DNA from: Candidatus Doudnabacteria bacterium
GTDB taxonomy: Bacteria > Patescibacteriota > Doudnabacteria > UBA920 > 2-01-FULL-46-14
DNA length: 64,000 nucleotides
Assembly: GCA_041497195.1 (NCBI GenBank)
Contig: JBGQGB010000005.1
Coordinates: 9,243 to 73,242 of the forward strand
Direction: 5' to 3'
A program made the translations under genes and the position numbers. The notes below the pieces were generated by a model, which saw only the letters and a program-made list of their open reading frames with translations, had not been told where the DNA came from and did not search any database. Position 1 is the first letter of the stretch. Each line of letters opens with the position of its first letter. Below, in pieces: positions 20,677 to 30,688 of the stretch.

Positions 20677-20806
20677 GGTTACCTATAGTTAATTAAATGA
20701 TCAAAGTAATCTAATTATAGCGGAAAAACCTCCTCATTGTCAATCAAAAATTACAAGGCAGGAGGCGAGGTTTCTGAAAAAAGCCAGTTCTTGCTAAAAT
20801 ACTGCT

Positions 20807-22018
20807 ATGTTTGAACGAAAATTCCCTATTCTCAAACGCAAAATCCACGGCCACCGACTGGCCTATTTGGACTCTGCCTCGACCACGCAGAAACCACGAG
20901 AAGTCATTGACGCGATGTCGGATTATTACGAAAATCACAACGCCAACATTCACCGCGGCATTCACACTCTCTCGCAAGAGGCCACTGCAAAATACGAAGG
21001 CGTCCGAGACAAAGTCAAAAAATTTATCAACGCCACCTCCCGCGAAGAAATAATTTTCACGAGTGGGGCGACTGCAGCACTCAATCTCATTGCCGCGACC
21101 TGGGGCGAACAAAACATTAAACGTGGCGATGAAATCTTGCTCACGGAAATGGAGCATCACAGCAACCTCGTCCCTTGGCAAATTATAGCTCGGAAAAAAG
21201 GAGCAAAACTCAAATTTATTCCCATTTCCGAAGCTTACAGCTTACAACTTGCAACTTTACAAAGACTGGTCACTTCTCGAACCAAAATAGTGGCGCTGAC
21301 GCACATCTCTAATGTCCTCGGCACCATCAACGAGCTTTCAGAAATCAGCCAAGCCGCCCATCGCCACGGCGCCATCGTCGTAGCGGACGGGGCTCAGGCC
21401 GGCGGACATTTGCCGATTGACGTGCAAAAACTGGGAGCGGATTTTTACGTTCTAGCCGGACACAAAATGTACGGACCAACAGGGATAGGCGTACTCTATG
21501 GCCGCCGGGAATTGCTCGAAAAGATGCCACCCTACCAAACCGGCGGACACATGGTCAGATCTGTGAGTTGGCAAGCAGCCACCTGGAGTGACCTGCCCGG
21601 GAAATTTGAAGCAGGGACTGCCAATATAGCCGAGGTTATCGGCCTGGGCGCTGCGATTGATTTTTTGAGTTCAGTCGGCTGGGGAAAAATAGCCCGGCAC
21701 GAACAGAACCTGACCAGTGACGCTTTGGATAAACTGCAAAAAATTCCCGGGTTGAAAATTTATGGTCCTACCCGTGCGCAAAACCGGATTGGGGTCATAA
21801 GCTTCACTCTCCGGGACGTGCCGCCGCACGACCTCGCCAGCATCCTTGATGAGCAGGACATTGCCATTCGGACAGGACATCACTGTGCGATGCCGCTGCA
21901 TACCCGATTGGGCATCGAGTCGTCAGCGCGGGTGAGTTTTGGTCTTCACAACAGCAAAAAAGACATTGACGAGTTAATTCGAGGAATCCAACATGCCAGA
22001 CGAATCTTCCAACTATAA
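20807..22018 (+). CDS. sufS: Cysteine desulfurase, SufS family
   Basis: YLDSASTTQKP, MEHHSN, GHKMYGPTG, RTGHHCA. Confidence 0.95.
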   Translation: MFERKFPILKRKIHGHRLAYLDSASTTQKPREVIDAMSDYYENHNANIHRGIHTLSQEATAKYEGVRDKVKKFINATSREEIIFTSGATAALNLIAATWGEQNIKRGDEILLTEMEHHSNLVPWQIIARKKGAKLKFIPISEAYSLQLATLQRLVTSRTKIVALTHISNVLGTINELSEISQAAHRHGAIVVADGAQAGGHLPIDVQKLGADFYVLAGHKMYGPTGIGVLYGRRELLEKMPPYQTGGHMVRSVSWQAATWSDLPGKFEAGTANIAEVIGLGAAIDFLSSVGWGKIARHEQNLTSDALDKLQKIPGLKIYGPTRAQNRIGVISFTLRDVPPHDLASILDEQDIAIRTGHHCAMPLHTRLGIESSARVSFGLHNSKKDIDELIRGIQHARRIFQL

Positions 22019-22364
22019 TCCAATTGTCCTCGCACACTACCGCCACCCGCGAAATTTTGGTATACTAGAGAACGCGAGCCACAAACGAAATGATCTCAAT
22101 CCCCTGTGCGGAGACGAGATCACGATTTATCTCCAAACTGCCGGACCGCGAATCGAAAAAATGACCTACGAAGCGCGCGGTTGCGCTCTCAGTATCGCGG
22201 CGGCTTCGGTCCTTTCCGAGTTTGTCAGAAATAAAAAGTTTCCGGAAATCAAAAACTTACGCTCCGCTGACATGGCCAAACTTCTGGAAATTCCACAAAC
22301 AAGCGCAGCGCGAGAAAGCTGTCTGACTCTGGCTTTACAATCTCTCAATAAATTAATTTCCTAA
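21993..22364 (+). CDS. sufU: SufU/NifU-like scaffold
   Basis: NPLCGD, GCALSIAAAS, RESCLTL. Confidence 0.88.
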   Translation: MPDESSNYNPIVLAHYRHPRNFGILENASHKRNDLNPLCGDEITIYLQTAGPRIEKMTYEARGCALSIAAASVLSEFVRNKKFPEIKNLRSADMAKLLEIPQTSAARESCLTLALQSLNKLIS

Positions 22365-22379
22365 AGGAGAAACTAATAT

Positions 22380-22961
22380 ATGAAATTCGAATTGCCCAAG
22401 CTGCCCTATTCCTATGACGCGCTGGAGCCGCACATCGACGCCAAGACTATGGAAATCCACCACACCAAGCATCACCAAACTTATGTGGACAAACTCAATG
22501 CCGCAGTGGAAAAATACGAATCGCTCCAGGACATGAGCGTGGAGGATTTGCTGCGAAACCTCGATTCGCTCAAAGTCGAAGAGGCTGACCGAACTGCCAT
22601 CAGAAACCATGGCGGCGGACACGCCAATCATTCTTTGTTCTGGCAAATCATGGGACCGAAAAAAAAGACTGATGAAAAACTGGTCTCAGAAATCAAAAGC
22701 ACTTTCGGCTCTGTGGAAGAGTTTAAAAAACAATTTACTGATACTGCCACCAAGCTGTTCGGCAGCGGCTGGGCCTGGCTCGCGCGGGACGAAAACGGCA
22801 AACTCCATCTACATGGCCTTCCCAACCAGGACTCACCCCTTTTGCACGGGCACGCACCAATCATCGGCCTCGATGTATGGGAGCATGCCTATTATCTCAA
22901 GTACCAAAATCGGAGGCCAGAATACATCGAAAACTGGTGGAGTGTGCTGAAATTGGTATAA
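22380..22961 (+). CDS. sodA: Fe/Mn superoxide dismutase
   Basis: [26 protein letters not shown]. Confidence 0.93.
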   Translation: MKFELPKLPYSYDALEPHIDAKTMEIHHTKHHQTYVDKLNAAVEKYESLQDMSVEDLLRNLDSLKVEEADRTAIRNHGGGHANHSLFWQIMGPKKKTDEKLVSEIKSTFGSVEEFKKQFTDTATKLFGSGWAWLARDENGKLHLHGLPNQDSPLLHGHAPIIGLDVWEHAYYLKYQNRRPEYIENWWSVLKLV

Positions 22962-23015
22962 AAAAATAGGCGAAACCAAAATTACTTTGATTCCGCCCTT
23001 AATGATTTTTACCGC

Positions 23016-23864
23016 CTACCTTTCTCGCCTAGCAAGCAGCTTGATTGCAGCCAAGTTGTGCGGGAAGTTAATTTCAGGGGTGAACGATAAGATGTTCAAT
23101 CTCAAAAGGTTGCCATCGACTGAAACCCCCTCTTCAACAACGTAAGTACTATCCGTTCTGCCACACGTCAAGCTGTCTATTTCTTGGCTACAGGCCTTTA
23201 CGGCAGAATTGGCCAGGACATCCGAGACAACGCTAGGCTTCACCGAAGTTTCACAACGAAGATGGAGGTTACCATGATAAACATAATTGTCATGGGGTAT
23301 GCCTCGCATATAGACCACATCTACCCTAGCAGGAATTCCGGTCAAGGCACTTATTTCTTCCCCGGATTCGTATCCCATGTCAAGCATCCGATCTTTATTG
23401 TTTACCTTGGCGTGAAAGGTATAGATTGATTGAATGTCCAAAGCGCCCTGCAGCGCAACTACCACGTTCAAGGTCGCAAGCGCAGAACACCTGGCAATCT
23501 TTACATAACAGGAAGAAATCCCGGTACTCAAAGGTGCGTAGAAAAGCTCGCACAGTGACGAACTTTCACCATTTTGGAAAATGGCTGGAATTCCGAACTC
23601 TTGGTAAAGCGCCAAGTTAACCGGCCCTTGACCCTTACTGGTGCAATCAACTATGACTTGGGTTTGAGAAAAAATTTCATGAGGCACCATTTGCCAAGTG
23701 CTGTAAGCCGATAGGTGAAGTCTTCTGATCTCTTCTCGTTTTCGCCCATCCCATTCAATTACATACATAATTTTGACCCAGTCACTTTGTCTGGTAAGTA
23801 ACCATGTTACAAATTGAGAGCCAAATTCCCCATAACCAACTATAGCAATCCTGATCTGGTTCAT
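23016..23864 (-). CDS. Divergent archaeal-type (type II) GAPDH-like Rossmann oxidoreductase
   Basis: IAIVGYGEFG, VIVDCTSKGQG, AIFQNGE, YVKIARCS; AGGAGG RBS. Confidence 0.55.
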   Translation of the reverse strand: MNQIRIAIVGYGEFGSQFVTWLLTRQSDWVKIMYVIEWDGRKREEIRRLHLSAYSTWQMVPHEIFSQTQVIVDCTSKGQGPVNLALYQEFGIPAIFQNGESSSLCELFYAPLSTGISSCYVKIARCSALATLNVVVALQGALDIQSIYTFHAKVNNKDRMLDMGYESGEEISALTGIPARVDVVYMRGIPHDNYVYHGNLHLRCETSVKPSVVSDVLANSAVKACSQEIDSLTCGRTDSTYVVEEGVSVDGNLLRLNILSFTPEINFPHNLAAIKLLARRER

Positions 23865-24050
23865 TGTTTCCTCCTGCAGACTTTTTAAAACATCAATTCA
23901 TGAGCATTGAGAATGAGTACAAAAAAACTCCTGGCAAAGAGGCCAGGAGTTTTGAGTAGAATCGTTATTATGTCAACTCAAAATTTCTGGTCTCTCGTAA
24001 GCCAGTAAAATAAAAAGAAAATTTTGAGCTAGAGTTTAACATATGGGCTA

Positions 24051-24425
24051 TTATTTTTTGAATGTTTTAATTTTCGCCTCTTGACCCAATCGAGTGTAAT
24101 ACAGTTTCGATTTTCTGGCGCGGCCGTCGCGAACCAATTCAATCTTGGCAACAGTCGGCGCGTGAATCGGAAACACCCGCTCCACCCCGACACCCGAAGC
24201 AATCCGCCGAACAGTAATAGTGGCATTGATGCCGCTGCCGTGCTTGGCTGCGATGATTTGGCCTTCAAACATCTGGGTGCGTTCCTTGTAATCAGTAATT
24301 TTCCCGGATTTGGCATCCACCACTGGCTCTTTGATCCGCTGGTGCACGCGCACAATTTGCCCGCTGCGTAATTGCGGAAGGTCTGGTTTGAGATGGTCTT
24401 TGGTGAGCTCTTTGGTGTATGCCAT
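24051..24425 (-). CDS. rplS: 50S ribosomal protein L19
   Basis: ERTQMFEG, TITVRRIASGVGVERVFP, RKSKLYY. Confidence 0.96.
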   Translation of the reverse strand: MAYTKELTKDHLKPDLPQLRSGQIVRVHQRIKEPVVDAKSGKITDYKERTQMFEGQIIAAKHGSGINATITVRRIASGVGVERVFPIHAPTVAKIELVRDGRARKSKLYYTRLGQEAKIKTFKK

Positions 24426-24471
24426 AAAAATTCACTTGCTGCTTTTTGCCGAGCCGAGGGCCCTGCAAAGT

Positions 24472-25401
24472 TCAGGGACTGACTGATTCTAATTTATCCA
24501 AAACACTTTGTAAATCCTGGGGTAATGCGGACTGCAGCTCAAGCCATGTCCCGTCTGGCAAGCGAAACTCCAAACGGGCGGCGTGGAGGAATTGCCGCTT
24601 GAGCAACTCAGCCAATTTCTGCGACTCTGGCTTGCCGTAGAGACTGTCGCCCATCACGGGATGATGCTCAGATGCCAAATGTACCCGAATCTGGTGAGTA
24701 CGACCTGTAAACAATTTTACCCGAATTAAAGTGTAATGGTCAAGGCCTAGGCGATAATAGGACTGGGCCCAATATTCGGTGAGGGCCGGTTTCCCCTGTT
24801 CATCGACGCGCACTTTGCTCTGCCCGCGTTGGCCGATTTTGGTCAAAGGTCGGTCAATTTGGCCGTGCTTGTGCGCCTGCCCATACACCAAAGACAGGTA
24901 CTCTTTGGTGATTTGCCTGGAATTAAATAAAGCCCTGAGATATTGATATGCTGTTTCTGTTTTGGCCAAGATCACCAGCCCGGAAGTGTCTTTGTCCAGA
25001 CGATGGACCACACCCGGCCGACCTTTCTCCCCGACCGTGGTCAATTCGGGAAAACGCGGCAGCAGCCTGGCGACTACGCTGTCGGTTTGAATTTTACTGG
25101 TCGCATACACGGGGATTCCAGCTGGTTTCTCGACTACCAGAAGGTCTGCATTTTCGTATTTAACTGATACGCTTCCCACACTGGCAGCACTGGACGCAGA
25201 CTGCCCATAACGAAACACTGCCCTATCGCCATTTTTCAGTAAAGTTCCTGGCTTACGCACAGTCTGGCCATTAATGCTTAAATTGCCACGCTCAATCGCG
25301 CGCTGGATATCCCGGCGGGTGAGGGCAGGCAAGGATTGGGCCAAAAATTTATCAGCGCGAAACGCCGCCCCCTGGTCATAGATTGTGCGGAAACTTTTCA
25401 T
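24472..25401 (-). CDS. RluA/RluD-family pseudouridine synthase with S4 domain
   Basis: HRLDKDTSG, TGRTHQIRVH, FLHA. Confidence 0.93.
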   Translation of the reverse strand: MKSFRTIYDQGAAFRADKFLAQSLPALTRRDIQRAIERGNLSINGQTVRKPGTLLKNGDRAVFRYGQSASSAASVGSVSVKYENADLLVVEKPAGIPVYATSKIQTDSVVARLLPRFPELTTVGEKGRPGVVHRLDKDTSGLVILAKTETAYQYLRALFNSRQITKEYLSLVYGQAHKHGQIDRPLTKIGQRGQSKVRVDEQGKPALTEYWAQSYYRLGLDHYTLIRVKLFTGRTHQIRVHLASEHHPVMGDSLYGKPESQKLAELLKRQFLHAARLEFRLPDGTWLELQSALPQDLQSVLDKLESVSP

Positions 25402-26018
25402 GGCTCGTTGTAATTGGAGCGGGCTTTCCAGACGGCAAATCTTTGCGAAATATATTGGCCGAACCAAAATTTATAAACCAAAAAGGAGGCTAAAAGAAAA
25501 AACAAAACCAGGCCGGTGCGCGACAAAAACTTGCTGATGTCAGTGGCGTAGCGGCCGAAATAATATCCCAAAATCGCCAAACTTCCGGTCCAGATGATTC
25601 CTCCGGGTATGGTATATTTCAAAACCTTCGGGTAGTTGATCCGCGTCACGCCAGCCAGAACAAACGTACTTTGTGCCAAACCAGTCAAAACCTTGGCGCT
25701 GAAAAAGATTTTGCCCGGATGCTGTTCGAATCTGTCTTTCAGTTTTTGCAATGATTGGTTGCCCTGGTCAATTTGAGAAATTTTAAGCTTTTTTAAAACC
25801 TTTGGACCACCGTGATATCCCGACCAATAATAAATTGTGTCGGAAATCAAATCAGAAATCACCCCCAAAACGATGACTGCCAAAAGATTGAAAAAACCCA
25901 AAGAGCAAAGAAACCCCATCACTATTGTAATGATCGGTCCCTCCAGAATCATGATCGGGACCGCGACGAAATACCCGTATCGGATGAGAAATAGCAAAAT
26001 CGCGGGAAGGGCATTCAT
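25398..26018 (-). CDS. DedA/VTT family membrane protein
   Basis: ILEGP, SDTIYYWSG, DedA topology. Confidence 0.8.
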   Translation of the reverse strand: MNALPAILLFLIRYGYFVAVPIMILEGPIITIVMGFLCSLGFFNLLAVIVLGVISDLISDTIYYWSGYHGGPKVLKKLKISQIDQGNQSLQKLKDRFEQHPGKIFFSAKVLTGLAQSTFVLAGVTRINYPKVLKYTIPGGIIWTGSLAILGYYFGRYATDISKFLSRTGLVLFFLLASFLVYKFWFGQYISQRFAVWKARSNYNEP

Positions 26019-26725
26019 AAAAGATCAGGTCGTTTTTTTTTCGTCGATTTAAGGCTTTCAGCTTGGCGCCACGCCTCGATTTTTTGGTGATTGCCGGAGA
26101 GCAAAACCGCGGGAACATTTCGCAACTTGCCTTTAATTTTTATGCTTTCCGGACGGGTATAGTGTGAATATTCCAAAAAACTCATCCGCTGTTTTGCGAC
26201 TATTCCTTTGGTCTTATTAAAAGATTCGTCTGTCAGTGAGGACTGCTTGCCAATCGCCCCGGGCAACAATCTGGTAATTGCTTCCATCAAAACCATGGCT
26301 GGTACTTCGCCGCCAAACAAAACGTAATCGCCGATGGAAATTTCCTCATCCGCAACGTATTGTATCACCCGTTCGTCAATGCCTTCATACCGGCCGCAAA
26401 TCATGACAATTTGCGGATATTTTGCCAGTCTGCGCGCAGTGCCTTGATTGAAGGTTTTTCCTTTGGCGGAAAAAGCGATGACGTGAGTTTGCTTGGTTTT
26501 TTTCAAATCTTGCACTGCTTTTTGAATTGGTTCCACCAGCATCACCATCCCCGCCCCACCGCCATAAGGCCTGTCATCGACACTCTGGTGCGCATCTGTC
26601 GTCCAATCGCGGAGGTTGTGGGTATTGATGGAGATAATTTTTTTCTTCTGTGACCGCGCAATCAGGGCTTCGTTTTTGAAGCTTGTAAAAATATCGGGAA
26701 AGATTGTGAGAATATCAAAACGCAT
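26015..26725 (-). CDS. trmD: tRNA (guanine37-N1)-methyltransferase
   Basis: DDRPYGGGAGM, CGRYEGIDER, SIGDYVLFGGE. Confidence 0.97.
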   Translation of the reverse strand: MRFDILTIFPDIFTSFKNEALIARSQKKKIISINTHNLRDWTTDAHQSVDDRPYGGGAGMVMLVEPIQKAVQDLKKTKQTHVIAFSAKGKTFNQGTARRLAKYPQIVMICGRYEGIDERVIQYVADEEISIGDYVLFGGEVPAMVLMEAITRLLPGAIGKQSSLTDESFNKTKGIVAKQRMSFLEYSHYTRPESIKIKGKLRNVPAVLLSGNHQKIEAWRQAESLKSTKKKRPDLL

Positions 26726-26743
26726 GAATGTATTTTACCATAC

Positions 26744-26773
26744 AAAAACCCTCCTGCTAAATCAGGAGGGTTT
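26744..26773 (-). terminator. Intrinsic terminator between khpA and trmD
   Basis: aaaccctcctg/caggagggttt hairpin followed by a T-tract on minus. Confidence 0.7.
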
Positions 26774-26791
26774 GATTGCGAAGTAGAATCC

Positions 26792-27121
26792 TTAGAGTTT
26801 GAAATCTTCCATTGCGTCCGGCGCTTCCTCGGTCGAGGAAGAGTCCGCTGCTTGCGGCCTGTCTCGGCGGCCACCTTCCGGCTCCACGATCTTGAGATTG
26901 ACGCGAGCTTTGTGCTTGGCACCCACGACCCGCAAAAGGGTCCGCAGGGCTTTGGCAGTCTGTCCGCTCCGGCCAATCACCTGTCCCATGTCTTCGGGAT
27001 GGAGATGAAGGCTGATGAGCACTCCCATTTCGTCAACCGTGCGCTCGGTTTTCACATCGTCGGGATGATCTACGAGCGATTTTACGACAAAGTCGACAAA
27101 AGCGACATCTTGGTCAGCCAT
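26792..27121 (-). CDS. khpA: KH-domain RNA-binding protein
   Basis: DMGQVIGRSGQTAKALRTLL; follows rpsP. Confidence 0.9.
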   Translation of the reverse strand: MADQDVAFVDFVVKSLVDHPDDVKTERTVDEMGVLISLHLHPEDMGQVIGRSGQTAKALRTLLRVVGAKHKARVNLKIVEPEGGRRDRPQAADSSSTEEAPDAMEDFKL

Positions 27122-27289
27122 TTGAGAATTTCCTTTGCCTTACTGATAAACAAAAAGCCAGAAATTACGACCTTACTGGCATCAAAAGAACTGCCCACAA
27201 TTTAGCAAATAAAATTATTTTTGTCAACCAAAAAATAAAAACCCGAACTTTTGTCGGGTCGAAATAAATCTCGGCTTGATGAACAACAA

Positions 27290-27709
27290 TTAATTTGCAA
27301 CTGGGGGCGTCGGTTGCTCGAGAGAATCTTTTTCGGCAGGGGTTTCAGTCTTGGTTTCTGCAACAGGAGCTTCCGTTGGGGCCTTTTCTTGCCCTGGCGC
27401 GGCCGGAGTCGCGGCAGTTTCAGCAGTCGCGTCTTTCTTTACCTTTGGCCGCCAGGCTTTGACCTTGGCCCCGCTGAGAAGCCCTTTGGTGATCAAAAGA
27501 TTTCTGACCGTTGGAGAAATCTCCGCGTGCTGCGCCACCCAGTAGGTGAGGCGGTCTTGATTCTTGACGCCAAATTCTTTGGTGCGCGGGTTGTAATGTC
27601 CCAAAACCTCGAGCACCTGTTTCTTGGCCGCGCGGTATTTTTCCGCCAAAACAATGCGAAAACTCGCCTGATTTTTCTTGCCAACTCGTTGGAGTCGGAT
27701 AGTTAACAT
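27290..27709 (-). CDS. rpsP: 30S ribosomal protein S16 with low-complexity C-terminal tail
   Basis: MLTIRLQRVGKKNQASFRIV, LGHYNP. Confidence 0.96.
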   Translation of the reverse strand: MLTIRLQRVGKKNQASFRIVLAEKYRAAKKQVLEVLGHYNPRTKEFGVKNQDRLTYWVAQHAEISPTVRNLLITKGLLSGAKVKAWRPKVKKDATAETAATPAAPGQEKAPTEAPVAETKTETPAEKDSLEQPTPPVAN

Positions 27710-27779
27710 ATAGCCAATTCTAAGCTATTTTTTTTCTGATGTCAAACCTCGCCATATCAGCGCCTAAGCGTCAAAAAAA

Positions 27780-28397
27780 TTACTTCACCCGATTCTTCAG
27801 ATGCCTTCTCACCCACCAAGTAATCCCAATAACCGCGGCCAAAACTATCAGCAAATCAACTTTTTGGAAAATCGGATGCAAGGCTTCCCAATTCTGCGCC
27901 AATTTCAACCCTATCCATCCCAAAAACAGGGACCATAGAAAGGACCCGATAAAACACGTCACGCTAAACTGCCAAAACTTCACCCGCGTGACACCGGCGG
28001 GAAGCGAAATATAAGTGCGGACCACTGGCACCATCCGCCCCAAAAACGTAGCCCAATGTCCAAAGCGATTGAAAAACCCATCAACCATTTCCAAATCTTC
28101 ATACGTCACAAAAACGAGGTGCCCATATTTGCGTACCAGGGGCCGGCCCCCGTATTTACCGATAAAATAAGTCAGCCACGACCCCAGAACCGAACCGATG
28201 GCACCGGCTAAAGCAATGCCCAGAAGCGTAAACCGACCAGCATGAACGAGAAATCCGGAAAACGGCATGATGATTTCCGAGGGCAGAGGAATAGCAGCTG
28301 ATTCCAGGCCCATCAGAAACATGATGCCAACATAGCCTCCCGAGTTGATGACTTGCAAAATGAAACCGGTGACACTTGCCAATAGATGGCTGAGCAT
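27780..28397 (-). CDS. DedA family protein
   Basis: LESAAIPLPSEIIMPFSG, GRMVPVVRTYISLPAG. Confidence 0.92.
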   Translation of the reverse strand: MLSHLLASVTGFILQVINSGGYVGIMFLMGLESAAIPLPSEIIMPFSGFLVHAGRFTLLGIALAGAIGSVLGSWLTYFIGKYGGRPLVRKYGHLVFVTYEDLEMVDGFFNRFGHWATFLGRMVPVVRTYISLPAGVTRVKFWQFSVTCFIGSFLWSLFLGWIGLKLAQNWEALHPIFQKVDLLIVLAAVIGITWWVRRHLKNRVK

Positions 28398-28406
28398 GAA
28401 AATGTA

Positions 28407-30620
28407 TTAATTTTTCGTGCTATAAACCGCGGCTTGTTCGAGTTTGAGAGACAGCAATTTGCTGATACCGTCTTCGCCCATGGTAATGCCGTAAAGCGTA
28501 TGCGATTGACGCATGGTTTCCCGGTTGTGGGTGATGGTGATGAACTGCGTCCGGTGGGCCAGGGTGCCCAAAATTTTCCCGAACCGAATAGAGTTGGCCT
28601 CATCCAAAGCCGCGTCGACCTCATCCAGCACCACGAACGGCGAAGGATAAGTCGCCAAAATCGCACAAAGCAGGGCAATGGAGGTCAACGCCCGCTCTCC
28701 CCCGGAAAGTGCCGATATACCGGCCAACTTTTTTCCAGGGGGAGTGGCTTTGATCTCAATTCCCACGATCTCCGTCTTGCCGGTGGTTGATGGAAATTCT
28801 TTGAGTTCCTTTTTTTCCGATTCAACATCTTCGGCGTCACTCTCCTCAAACTCAGTCCGGGGACGTTCCCGCAAAATGCTCATAGTCGCGCGGCCTCCGT
28901 TGAACAAAATCCGAAAATACTCCGCGAACTTTTCGGAAATTTTGGTAAAGGCCTCATGAAACTCTTTTTTGATGACTTCGTCCAGCTCGGCAATGGCTGT
29001 CTTGAGATCCTTTATCCCTTTGTCCAAATCCGCTGATTGAGTCGTCAGGTATTGATAACGCTCGTCTGTCTCCTTGTATTCCTGAATGACCAAATCATCG
29101 ACCCCTCCGATCATCTGCAGCTGTTTTTTGAGACTGGCAATTTTTTCCGTCAGACCGGCGGGCATGGAGCCGCCGGGAACCTGGGTCACGAGTTCCTGAA
29201 ATTTGTGTCCCAGTTCCGCCCGCCCTTCTTGTTCGTATGCTTCTTTTCGGGTCACCAGCTTGGCCTGCTCGACCGCTAACAAATTTTTTTGCTCCGAGGT
29301 TTTGACCAAAGTTTCCTGTTTATTTCGCAGCAGTCGGTCTTTGACGAAAATCTGTTGTTTTTTTTGCTCCTCTTGTTGGACAAATTTGGCCAAATCAGTT
29401 TCCAAGGCTTGGATTTTGGCAAAAAGCTGCTGCAGCCCCTCGTTCAAGCGCTTTTCTTGAATTTCTAGATCTTGTAAAGTCCGGGGCTTGTTCCGGTCGT
29501 TGCCGCCTTCATCGGCTTCAATCAAACCGGCCACTTCGGTAAAAAGTTTCTCCACTGTTTTGGCGTCCTCCAGATTGAAATTTTTCAGTAAACCTAAAAA
29601 TTTCTGGTAGGCGCTGCGAAACTTGACCCTGATAACAGACCAGTCAGGATGCACGTCTATGCTAGGATGCAGCGCTTCCGCTTTCATCTGGCCTTTGATT
29701 GTGGCCAATTGCTCTTGGAGATCTAGTTTTTGCTTATGCCAGGCCTCCAGATCGGCTTTTAGTTTTTTTTGTTCACTGGCAGCGCTCCCTTTGGTTTCCA
29801 GCTCGTGTTGCTCAATGGAACTGGTCAGCTCTCTGATTTCTGTGCTCAAATCTTGTGTTTGTTTATCAAAAACGTTAAATTTGCCAGAGATCTCTTGGAT
29901 CTGCTGAGCAAGACCGCGCAAAATCTGCGCATAGTGCAAAGCCTGGGCGTTTCGGAGCTCTTGCTCCAATCCCTCGCGCTCCGCCAGCCGCTTGGTCTGC
30001 CGCCTGAGCGAACGCAGCCGCGGCTCGATCTCGGAAATGAGCGCTCTGACCTGTACCACGTTGCTCTCGGTTCGTTCCAGACGCCTGAGCGTCCGTTCAC
30101 GCTTGTGGTAATAGGGTTTGACCCCTGAGGCTTCTTCCAGAAGTTCTTTGATGGCGGCCGGCCCGCCTGCCACGAGCTGATCGATAGTCCCCTGACCGAT
30201 GACATGATAAGAGGTATTACCAAAATCAGATTTGGCCAAAATCTCCTGAATATCCAACAGCCGGACTTGATTGTGGTTGATGAGATATTCCGAGTTCCCG
30301 TCGCGAAATAACCGTCTGGTGATGACCACTTCGGCGTAGTCAATCGGGATTTGGTGATCAGTATTGTCAAAGCTCACGGAGACCTCGGCGCCGCCCAGGC
30401 GCGCCTTCTGGTCACTGCCGGCGAAAATTACGTCTTCGGATTTTTTTCCGCGCAGGAGCTTCATCGACTGTTCGCCAAAAACCCAGCGCAAACTGTCCGC
30501 GATATTTGATTTGCCCGAACCGTTCGGACCGACCACGGAAATGATCCCTGGCTCAAATTCGAGAACGGTTTTTTTGGCAAAACTTTTAAAGCCGTGAATT
30601 TCTACTCTTTTGAGATACAT
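28407..30620 (-). CDS. smc: Short SMC-family chromosome segregation ATPase (737 aa)
   Basis: GPNGSGKSN Walker A, LSGGE signature, VLDEVDAALD Walker B/D-loop, coiled coils. Confidence 0.88.
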   Translation of the reverse strand: MYLKRVEIHGFKSFAKKTVLEFEPGIISVVGPNGSGKSNIADSLRWVFGEQSMKLLRGKKSEDVIFAGSDQKARLGGAEVSVSFDNTDHQIPIDYAEVVITRRLFRDGNSEYLINHNQVRLLDIQEILAKSDFGNTSYHVIGQGTIDQLVAGGPAAIKELLEEASGVKPYYHKRERTLRRLERTESNVVQVRALISEIEPRLRSLRRQTKRLAEREGLEQELRNAQALHYAQILRGLAQQIQEISGKFNVFDKQTQDLSTEIRELTSSIEQHELETKGSAASEQKKLKADLEAWHKQKLDLQEQLATIKGQMKAEALHPSIDVHPDWSVIRVKFRSAYQKFLGLLKNFNLEDAKTVEKLFTEVAGLIEADEGGNDRNKPRTLQDLEIQEKRLNEGLQQLFAKIQALETDLAKFVQQEEQKKQQIFVKDRLLRNKQETLVKTSEQKNLLAVEQAKLVTRKEAYEQEGRAELGHKFQELVTQVPGGSMPAGLTEKIASLKKQLQMIGGVDDLVIQEYKETDERYQYLTTQSADLDKGIKDLKTAIAELDEVIKKEFHEAFTKISEKFAEYFRILFNGGRATMSILRERPRTEFEESDAEDVESEKKELKEFPSTTGKTEIVGIEIKATPPGKKLAGISALSGGERALTSIALLCAILATYPSPFVVLDEVDAALDEANSIRFGKILGTLAHRTQFITITHNRETMRQSHTLYGITMGEDGISKLLSLKLEQAAVYSTKN

Positions 30621-30688
30621 CAGTTAGCTTTTTAGCTGACAGAAAAAAATACTGGGAGCCGAAAAATCTATTTGGGCCAAAACTGGTA

